From assembly GCA_964016885.1 (NCBI GenBank), contig OZ024743.1:273296001-273360000 (forward strand): a stretch of 64,000 bases of DNA. Direction: 5' to 3'. This document shows, piece after piece, positions 40,616 through 51,324 of this stretch; the stretch's first letter is position 1; each line of letters starts with the position of its first letter. The notes under the pieces are model-generated. The model was not told the DNA's origin and searched no databases. It was given only the letters and a program-made list of their open reading frames with translations. A program made the translations under genes and the position numbers. Source of the DNA: Eledone cirrhosa (lineage: Eukaryota).

Positions 40616-41673
40616 TTGCATTTATCTTGCTTTATGTTTATACGAGTTATCACCAAGTCACAACCAGTGACCTCAAGAGACAACAAGGTCCGCCATGTTC
40701 AAGAAAGAACACACATATTCACACATGCATCCTTAGTGTTTAGACTTGTGATGTACATATATTGACAGGATCTTCCTTAGTATATGGGCAGTTCCCATTA
40801 GTACTATCTTTTGTATTTCTCCTATACGCGGGTTTCCTGGGATTTGCGATAAGTAGTCGTTAGACCCCTTAGGTATCATTCCCAGAGCGCCTACAGCCAC
40901 TGGTATTGTTTTAGTTCTCAATTTCCACATTTTTCCAATTTCTATCTCCAGGTCCTTATACTTGCTCAATTTATCAAATGTTTTTATAGATACATTCTTG
41001 TCTATTGGAACAGACATATCAATTAGCAGGCATACCCTCCTTTGAAAGTCCTTCAATATTATATCAGGTCTATTTGCATCTATTTTTCGGTTTGTTTGGA
41101 TGCTAAAGTTCCACAAGATTGAGATGTGATCTTTTTCAAGTATGGGTGGTGGTTGATGCTCCCACCAATTCTTTTGATGGGGCAGGTCAAAATGCTTACA
41201 CATTATCCAATGTATGTATTGTGCAGCTCTGTCATGCCTGTTTAGGTATTCGGTTGGAGCTATAGGACTGCACATTGAAATTATATGGTCAATGGTCTCT
41301 GGTTGTTTTTTGCATACACGGCATAATGGGCTGCACCCATTTTTTATTATGTTGGCTTGGTAATTTTTTGTTGGCAGACACTGATCTTGTGCCGATATAA
41401 TCAGTCCTTCAGTCTCCGATTTCAGTCGAGAGGATGCCAACCACTGATGGGTTAAAGTTTTGTCAACATCAGGATTGTTAGCTCGCTCTGGGTATTTTCC
41501 ATACAGATGCTTTTCTTGCCATTTCTTAGCCAGTTTCTGTAGCAGTTCTTTCTTTGCAGTTACTTTTACCTGCTTTGCTTTTTCTGTGTTTTCCATTTCA
41601 TCAGTAAATGGGACTTCTGAAATTTGTAGTCCATTACTGTATCTTTGTGCATCTTTTGTAATGGAATATGATC
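40616..41673 (-). mobile_element. R4/Dong family B, copy B5
   Basis: ORF 40733-41596 with intact CCHC knuckle and RLE. Confidence 0.93.
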
Positions 41674-41722
<49 letters not shown>

Positions 41723-41723
<1 letters not shown>

Positions 41724-44700
41724 GTTGCATTTATTTTGCTTTATGTTCATACGAGTTATCACCAAGTCACAACCAGTGACCTCAAGAGACAACAAGGTCC
41801 GCCATGTTCAAGAAAGAACATACATACTCACACATGCATCTTTAGTGTTTAGACTTGTGATGTACTTATATTGACAGAATCTTCCTTAGTATATGGGCAG
41901 TTCCCATTAGTACTATCTTTTGTATTTCTCCTATACGCGGGTTTCCTGGGATTTGCGATAAGTAGTCATTAGACCCCTTAGGTATCATTCCCAGAGCGCC
42001 TACAACCACTGGTATTGTTTTAGTTCTCAATTTCCACATTTTTCCAATTTCTATCTCCAGGTCCTTATACTTGCTCAATTTTTCAAATGTTTTTATAGAT
42101 ACATTCTTGTCTATTGGAACGGACATATCAATTAGCAGGCATACCCTCTTTTTAAAGTCCTTCAATATTATATCATGTCTATTTGCATCTATTTTTCGGT
42201 CTGTTTGGATGCTAAAGTTCCACAAGATTGAGATGTGATCTTTTTCAAGTATGGGAGGTGGTTGATGCTCCCACCAATTCTTTTGATGGGGCAGGTCAAA
42301 ATGCTTACACATTATCCAATGTATGTATTGTGCAGCTCTGTCATGCCTGTTTAGGTATTCGGCTGGAGCTATAGGACTGCACATTGAAATTATATGGTCA
42401 ATGGTCTCTGGTTGTTTTTTGCATACACGGCATAATGGGCTGCATCCATTTTTTATTATGTTGGCTTGGTAATTTTTTGTTGGCAGACACTGATCTTGTG
42501 CTGATATAATCAGTCCTTCAGTCTCGGATTTCAGTCCAGAGGATGCCAACCACTGATGGGTTAAAGTTTTATCAACATCAGGATTGATAGCTCGTTCTGG
42601 GTATTTTCCATACAGGTGCTTTTCTTGCCATTTCTTAGCCAGTTTCTGTAGCAGGTCTTCTTTGCAGTTACTTTTACCTGCTTTGCTTTTTCTGTGTTTT
42701 CCATTTCAGCAGTAAATGGGACTTCTGAAATGTGTAGTCCATTACTGTATCTTTGTGCATCTTTTGTAATGGAATATGATCTTTTGATGCTTTCGTGTTT
42801 CAAAACGAGTTTGATCATCCAATCATGTGATTCCCTTAGACATGTAGATAATCCAATTGTTGCAGTTTTCAACGTAATGTCTGACTGGATTAACCCACGT
42901 CCTCCTTCTTTCCTAGGGAGATATATTCTATCTATATCTGCCTTAGGGTGATGCATTCTGCGCATGGTTAAGAATTTTCGAATTTTTGTATCTCTGTGCT
43001 TGACCAGTTGATGACATTGTAACTGTAGGTTCAATGGCAAGCGTGTTTATGGCAACGATCCTATTCCTTGCATTCAATTCTGTTCTTAAGATTGCTCCTA
43101 CTCTGCGGTAACATTCCTTCCTTATCCTTTCCCTCATTGTCGAGTGCTTGATTCCGTCTCCTTCACAAACACCTAGATATTTGTAAGTTTTTTCTTGATC
43201 AAGTTCTCTTATCACGTTCCCCCGATCAAGATTAATGTCTGAACTCTTCAGCAAATTTTGTATTTTGTCTTTTCCTGGGGATTTCCATTTGCTGGTTTTT
43301 CTTAGAGCCAATCGCAACTGTTCAACTGTTATATTTTCCCATATTTGTTCCTCAAGGTGAGCTGTATCTTTCATTTGTCTGTCTATCCATGGGGCATGTA
43401 TGTTATGAACTTTTTCTTCCGCCCAGATCTTTTGCCAGAATTCTTGCACTTCCTCCTTGGGTGGTATTGATTTAGCAGTTATTGTTGACTTACCAATTTT
43501 TCTGTAGAAGTTTCTTTGGTTGTTTTTGAACATATTGTCCTTATAGAATCTAGATCGTTTTTCAAAGCGCCTTATACGAGCAGCCTTGGCCGACACTTTT
43601 TGCTTGATTATTTCTATCAGCATGTCTATGTCACTTGTTGATTTTATACTGTACTTTCTTTTCAATTTTCTAAGTTTAGTTTGTTTAACATGTTCACCTA
43701 CTTTATAGTTTGTTAAAATTTCTATGTCAGATCGGAGAAGGTTTATTTGGCGATTGATGTTCTCTTGCCAAGTAGATTTTTTGTGGGAATTCCTTTGTTT
43801 TTTCATCTTCACTCCACATAAGTGAGTGGTGACTTTAGCCGATGCATAATAGAGATGATTTAAATCAGTAATGTTTAGCTTGATTGTGATGATAATGTTT
43901 TTGAGAATTATGTTAGTCTTGTGTATTATCTTTTGGTTCTGTTTGGAGTTCTGGATCTTAGGGAGGGTGTGTCGTCGCCCCATGTCAGATTCTTTCATTT
44001 TCATCCATTCGATCATAATTCCATCCTACAAGTTGGCAAGTTCATTCTCATTCATTTCTTTATCATTTACGATCTCATTATTTTCATTTGGAGTTTCATC
44101 TTGAGCATGCACTCCCTCCACTTTTTCGATCCTTTCTTTAATTTGTTCTGTTGTCAGTGATTCCGCCCCAACCCTGGGATTCGAAGTGTTATAATTTACC
44201 TCATTTTCACTGACACATGTTTCATTTTCCCTTCGCTGACTTTGTGCTAATAGCTTGATCTGATCAATTTCTATATCAGTTAGTAACTTTTTGATTACAA
44301 TATTTCTTCGTATATTGGCTAGTTTGTTACTGTCAATATAGCCTTTTGGGGGGCGGGATGTTTCTTTTTCCAGTTGATATATGTCTGTTCTGTATTCGAT
44401 ATATTTGATGGGTAGGACATGGCAGTGTAGAAAGCCTCAAGGACTTCTTTATTATCTTCCCTTGTCCATTTCTCTCTCTTTTTCTTTGGATTTCTTGGTG
44501 GTGAGCATGGAGGGCCAACAGTAGGAGTATTCCGGTTATGGGAGGTCTCCAGCTCCGAAGTGATGGGAAGGTTTGAACCATTAGCTGATTTTTCGACCCC
44601 AGTCTGGTTCCTCTCTGAGGGACGCGGCCCTTTTTTACTCGGGTGACGGCCGATCCGGTATGAGATTTTATCATTAGACATTTACTTTATTTTGTCGCGT

Positions 44701-44845
44701 TTTATCCTTATCCGCCAAAGGGTAATCATTTCGTGTTACCACTTTTAGAACGAGTGTCAACCAAGACTAGAGGGGTCGTTCTCCCCTAGAGACACGGCTA
44801 TTCCCCGCCGGCTGCCATCCCGGTATTTCTTGGTCACGGGGTTTT
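41723..44845 (-). mobile_element. R4/Dong family B, copy B6: retains the 5' UTR and N-terminus, RT core deleted
   Basis: Starts MSNDK (44681) with KWTRE motif; ORF 42943-44016 joins KSPGKDKIQN directly to LLKSSDIN; intact RLE at 41866-42549. Confidence 0.92.
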
Positions 44846-44889
44846 CTTTTTTGTTGTTTTTTTAAATTGTTATTATCATGAGTGGTTCC

Positions 44890-45918
44890 TTAATGTGAAC
44901 ATTGCGTGGCTTAAGAATGAAATTATTAACAATTGTCTCCACTCCAGGCACAAGGTCAGCACTCACCCAGTGCATCACAATAATATAATATACTTTTTGC
45001 TGAAGTTTCCTGTTATTGTTGTTGGCTATGTCGGTGGTGGCGCTGGGGCTTTTTATATTGTTGGTGAGGAGGGGGGGGGCAGCAATGCCATAGATGTTGA
45101 CGTTTGGCCGGTGGCCGGGTCACTAAGTCAATCTATTTATATCTTTTGCTAGCCTCTCCCTTGTCTAGTGATACCGTGATACCGCCACCTTCCCCTTTCT
45201 TAAGTTAACAGGGGTATAGTGGTGGTAGCAATGAAGGAGTGGTGGCGGCGGTGATGGGATAGTGGTACCAATGATGGATGGAGTAGTGGCGGCGGTGGGG
45301 TTGTCGTTACTGAGTTTTGTTGAATGGACAATTCTTTTTGATATGTAGTATCTATGCGTTTGTGTGGCGTATGTTTAATATATGTGTTGAATAGACTAGT
45401 TTTGTTTGATCTGTAGTATCTATACGTTTGTGTCGCGTATGTTTAATGTATGTGTTGACATATTCTTTTAATATTGGAATTAAACATTTTGTTAAAACTT
45501 GAGACAATAATAATAGTAATTATTATTATGATGCTGGGATTGGTGGTGGTGGTGGTGAAATTGCCGTTATCTGGCTGTTATATTTAGTGTACACAGCGGG
45601 GTGATGGGGTAGGTGGTGTATCAAGTCTATGGTGTTGGTGAAATTGCTGTTACTTGGCTGTTCTATATAGTGTAGACAGAGGAGGTTTTCTTCCATTTAT
45701 AACCATTTTCTTTTTTGAATATAAAATATATAATACAAAATTGAATATTTGAGCGATATAACAATATATTATGGATCCGAAATTTTATGAGACTTGATTC
45801 GGTGATTTATGCATCATTTGTACTAAGAATTTATTTCACAATTGATTTAAATATGTTAAAAATCAAAAACTTACGGGAGCGATTTCATGACCTTCTAGCA
45901 CAACGTGCGTCTTCTTAC

Positions 45919-45920
<2 letters not shown>
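44890..45920. repeat. Unclassified GT-rich repeat X, copy 1
   Basis: Shares blocks with 49760-51225 (GGTGGCGGCGGTGATGGGATAGTGGT; AAACTTACGGGAGCGATTTCATGACC); internal ~46-bp direct repeat at 45345/45413. Confidence 0.65.
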
Positions 45921-45991
<71 letters not shown>

Positions 45992-45993
<2 letters not shown>

Positions 45994-48900
45994 CTTGAAT
46001 CTCAGTCATTGACGTTGGTCAACTGGAAAGTCCGTTGGAATGAATATCAAGCCACTACCTGCAGCCTCAGATATTCAGGACGTATCGGAGGGTTCTTGCT
46101 GTTCCCAGCAAGCATGCCTTTTGAAGCGTTCCAAAAAGCGTTAAGGGGCCGATTTTCTTTATCCATCCCTGGAAACTTTTAGAGATAGTCCCCAGTGCGC
46201 CTATGACAATCGGGATCACTTTGACTTCATGGCAGTTCCAAATCCTTTTTACCTCCCACTTTAAGCCCTGGTATCGGTTAATTTTCTCCCTCTCCTTCTA
46301 TTGCACTCTCGGGTCAAAAGGGCAGGCCACATCCAAAATCAGACACGCTCTTTTTTCTTTGTCCACAACCACCAGGTCAGGTCCATTGTGTTCCAGTTTC
46401 TTGTCCGTCTGTATCCTAAAATCCCACAGCACCTTCACCTGATCGTTCTCCATCACCGCCTCTGACCTATGCTCATACCATTTCTCAGAATGTGGTAAAT
46501 TGTTTACTTTGCACAAGTGGCAGTGGTTCACCCTGCCCATCACATCATGTCTCCAGCCCTTATAGTGTGTCTGGGCTAGGTGTTTACACTCGGATACAAT
46601 GTGAGCCACAGTCTACTCTCTCTCTCCACAGATCCTGCACAGTGGGCTAGCCTCCTCCTTGTAAATATGGTGTTTCAACCACTTCGTTTTGAGGGCCTGC
46701 TCCTGCGCAGCCATTAACATTCCTTCTGTAGCCTTTTTGAGGTCTCCTCTTCTCAACCAGTTCCATGTCTGTGGATCTCTAAATTCAGTTTTCTCAAAGA
46801 AGGTACTATGAAGTGATTTTCCCTGAAGGCTGCCCTTTCTCCTTGATGTTATTTCCTCCTTGGACATCCCCTGGCCTACTGTCCCCTCCTTCAGTACAGT
46901 TCTGAGCATTGGCTCCTTACTATCAGTCACGTATTTGTATAGGTTGTTTTTCTCCATCTGAACACAGTCCTCTATGCTGATAATACCTCTTCCACCTTCA
47001 GATCTCCTTACGTAGAGTCTATCGACATCACTCCTCTTGTGGAACATTTTGTAGATAGTCAATAGCTTCCTAGTCTTCCTATCCATTTCTTTTTGTTCAG
47101 CAACATTCCATCTCAGAATTCCCGCACTGTACCTAATAATAGACACAGCTCGGGAATTTACTGCGCTTATGGCATTTCTGCTGTTCAGATGTGACTTCAA
47201 TACGCTCCTTATTCTCCGAATGTATTTAGTTCTTAACAATTCCTTCATTTTTTTGTTCTTTATGCCATCAGCCTCCAGAACGCCCAAATACTTGTATCCT
47301 TCCTCAGAGTCAATTTCCTTTATCATCTCACCTGTTGGTATCTGGATCCCGTTACTTCTGCTCAACCTACCCCTCTTCATCACAATGACTCCACATTTAC
47401 CAATACCAAACTGCATACATATATCACTGCTGAAAATACGGACAGTGTCAACAAGCAAATCCAACTCCTTCTCACTTTTCCCGAAGAGCTTAAGATCGTC
47501 CATGAAGAGGAGGTGATTGATGGTAAGCTCTCCCCTTCCCAACTTGTATCCTGCTCTCACTTTTCGCAGCATAATGGTCAAGGGCATCAGGGCAAGGACA
47601 AACAACAGAGGGGACAGGCTATCTCCCTGGAAGATACCTCTCTTGATCTTCACGCTTCCCAAGGATACTCCAGTTGATGTCAACTCTGTCTCCCAGGACC
47701 CCATACTCCTGCCTAGCAACTGTCTGATGTTATCTGCCACCCTGAAGATCTCCAGGCTTTTGGTGATCCAGGAATGAGGCACCATGTCAAATGCCTTTCT
47801 GTAGTCTATCCATCCCATGGCAAGATCAGTGTGTCTCCTCCTGCAATTCCCCATTACCATCTTATCAATAAGCAACTGGTCCTTTGTACCACGTGACTTC
47901 TTTCGGCATCCTTTCTGTTCGTCCGGTAACAAGTTGTTTGTGTGGAGGTGATGGTAGATTTCCTCAGACACAATGCTCGTCAACAGTTTCCACATTACGG
48001 GCAGACATGTGATAGGTCTATAGTTGGTAGCATCATTACCCTTGATTCGGTCTTTCATTATCAGAACTGTGGTACCTTTTGTCAACCACTCTGGCACCTC
48101 ACCCGACACCAAGCAGTCATTGAACATGGCCGTCAGCTTCGGGTGGAGGGATGTTAGATGTTTAATCCAATACCCCTGCACACCATCTGGGCCTGGTGAT
48201 TTCCAGTTGGTTAGTTTTTTGGCTTGCCCCTTAAGAGTTTCAACTGTGATACTCAACTCAGTCTGTTGCTGTGCCTGCTCACCGATCTCCCTCTGTACTG
48301 TCTCAATCCACCCTGCCTGGGCATTGTGTCTAACATCCTGCTCCCATATTCCTCTCCAGAATGTTTTAGTTTGTCCGCCCCAGGGATCAAGTCGTTGCCT
48401 CTTTCTTTGCCCTCAAGCTGTCCAAACAGCATCTTCTGGTTGTTGTCGAACATGCGGTTCTGTTTATACTGGCTGACTCTGTTCTCGTATCGCCTGATTT
48501 TTGCACTCTTTGCTACAATGCGTTGCTTCAATTCCTCTATGATAATATTTAGCTTTTTACTCCTAGTTTTGTATTTTATTTCCAGTCTATTTTTAGTGCC
48601 TATGTTGTTTAGTGTCCCATTCAGTAGTGTCTCAAGCTTTCCTATGTCATTTCTCATTTCCCCGATTTGCCCACTCAGTCGCTTCTTCCACCACGGCTCT
48701 GCTCTTTCTTGTCTGTTGTTTCCTCTCGCTTTTATACCAAGTAGTTTCCTCACCGTATTTGCTGTTGCTCTGAGGATATTGTTGCACTGGTGAAGGCTCC
48801 TCGCCTCAAGGTATGGGATGTCTTTGTTTACCTTAGCTGTTGTTTCTTTTAACTTTTCCCTGTCTACAAATCTTAGGTTCATAGGTCTCCCACTATCATT

Positions 48901-49640
48901 GTTCAATTCATCTACCACTAAATTTAGGATGTCAACCGAATCTTGTCCTAGCCCGTCAGCATTCATCTCCTCAGTGGCCGTATCTCTGTTCCAGGTATTA
49001 TTTATCTCAGTACTCAGATCATTGTCTGCTTCGGGTGGTTCCTCCGTTCTCAGGACCTCCTCACCTTCATTTCCCACCGGCTCGCTTGTCTGGCATACTA
49101 CACCCGCCATCTCCAAGCCATTCTCTCTGCTCAGTTCCTCCAGTTCCAGCTCGCTTATCCACCCATTAGTTCTTATTACCCGAGCCTGCCCGGCCAATTT
49201 TTGTTCATCTAATTTAAATAAACCAATCTCGTTCCAGATGTTATGCATCCGTCTCCTGTAGCCCCTCTCCTTGGGGTTACTTTTCTGGTAGCATTGCATA
49301 ACAGTTCTATTCAATTCTTTCGTCCAGTTGGTTCTGGCCCCTTTCCTTCTTCTCCTTCCTCCAACATCAGCAGTATTTGGTTGACAGTCAGGTTCCTGCT
49401 GCTGAGCCAGGGGGCACCTGTTGGGTGAGAGTCTGCCACATGACGTTCTAGTCTCCATTTCACCGTTATTCGAACTGTTTATGTTTGATATTTAAACACT
49501 CTTATCGAGGATTGGCGAATGTATGTTTACATAGCCATCTGTGGATCCGCCATCCCACTTGGCCCTTGTGTGGCACTATCACCACGCTGTATACGAACAC
49601 ACATAAACAAACAAACACACAGGCAGAAAGGGCCCCAGAA
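45992..49640 (-). mobile_element. R4/Dong family A, copy A4: near full length with few frameshifts
   Basis: ORFs 48253-49458 (METRT..NWTKELN), 46613-48256 (complete RT) and 46298-46609 (RLE); 3' UTR followed by long (TAA)n. Confidence 0.95.
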
Positions 49641-49759
49641 ATGAATAAGCATAAGTTTCATTGTAACGTAGTGTTCGAATGTCTGACTTAGTTTTATTTT
49701 TTTAAGTTTTACTCTTTCCCCCCTCTTCTCTGTCCGTCCGCCTGCTTCTCTCTTCATTC

Positions 49760-51225
49760 TTATTTTCTTTACGTTTTGGGGGTTTCTTTTTTTTGTTTTT
49801 GTTTTTCTCTGTTTGTTTTTCTCGTTTTTTGCTGTTGTTGCTGTGCTGCTTTGGTTTTGTTGTTTGTTTTTTCTTTTTTCTTTTGGGTCTATCTATATAT
49901 TTTGATGCCTTCCTATTTGTTAGTAGTAGGAATTCTATAATGTGGAAGTAGCAGCCAGCAGGGAAGTGGGAGACTGGCGGCGTTAGCGATACTGAGACAG
50001 TGGTGGTGGTGATGTCGATACCGAGGCAGTGGTGGCGGTGATGTGACCGTATTACTGTAGTGATGGTGCTGTAGCGGAGTCAAGGGGTGGTGGCGGCGGT
50101 GATGGGATAGTGGTGGTAATGATGGCCGTAGTGAGCGGTGGCGGTGAAGGTGAAAATGTGTCGTTATCTGGCTGTTGTGTTTAGTGTACACAGATGATGG
50201 GGTGGGTGGTGTATCTAGTTTCTGGTGTTGGTGAGTTTAGCTGTCCTATATAGTGTAGCCAGAGGAGAGGAGGGGAGGGGTTCTTCTTCCATTTATAGCC
50301 ATTTTTTTTTTTTTTTTTTTTTTCTTTGGATATACAGTGTACAATACAAAGTTGAATATTTGAATATTTGAGCCTTATAACAATACATTTTCTTTACGTT
50401 TTGAGCCTTATAACAATATATTTTCTTTACGTTTTGAGCCTTATAACAATATATTTTCTTTACGTTTTGGGGGTTTCTTTTTTTTGTTTTTGTTTTTCTC
50501 TGTTTGTTTTTCTCGTTTTTTGCTGTTGTTGCTGTGCTGCTTTGGTTTTGTTGTTTGTTTTTTCTTTTTTCTTTTGGGTCTATCTATATATTTTGATGCC
50601 TTCCTCTTTGTTAGTAGTAGGAATTCTATAATGTGGAAGTGGCAGCCAGCAGGGAAGTGGGAGACTGGCGGCGTTAGCGATACTGAGACAGTGGTGGTGG
50701 TGATGTCGATACCGAGGCAGTGGTGGCGGTGATGTGACCGTATTACTGTAGTGATGGTGCTGTAGCGGAGTCAAGGGGTGGTGGCGGCGGTGATGGGATA
50801 GTGGTGGTAATGATGGCCGTAGTGAGCGGTGGCGGTGAAGGTGAAAATGTGTCGTTATCTGGCTGTTGTGTTTAGTGTACACAGATGATGGGGTGGGTGG
50901 TGTATCTAGTTTCTGGTGTTGGTGAGTTTAGCTGTCCTATATAGTGTAGCCAGAGGAGAGGAGGGGAGGGGTTCTTCTTCCATTTATAGCCATTTTTTTT
51001 TTTTTTTTGGATATACAGTGTACAATACAAAGTTGAATATTTGAATATTTGAGCCTTATAACAATATATTTTGGGTCCGAATTTTTTGGGGCTCAAGCCG
51101 GGTGCTTTACGTAGCATTTGTGCTAAGAGTTGTTATTTCACAAATGGTTTAAATATGTTAAAAATTCAAAACTTACGGGAGCGATTTCATGACCTCCGTC
51201 ACCTCGTGCGTCTTCTTCCCTTATT
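49760..51225. repeat. Repeat X, copy 2, with an internal tandem duplication (period ~691 bp)
   Basis: 49761-50390 matches 50452-51070; three 33-bp units at 50368-50466. Confidence 0.8.
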
Positions 51226-51235
51226 CTTCTTCTTC

Positions 51236-51276
<41 letters not shown>

Positions 51277-51324
51277 ATATATTATTATTATTATTATTAT
51301 AATATATATTTTTTATTTTCTTTC

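Noticed and set aside
37336-41722. Repeat-spacer-like regularity suggesting CRISPR or a satellite
   Set aside because: The units are kilobase retrotransposon 3' ends joined by TTA; no short constant repeats with unique spacers.
49913-50882. His/Pro-rich ORFs in two copies
   Set aside because: Translation of GGT/GGC-rich repeat X; no evidence of coding.
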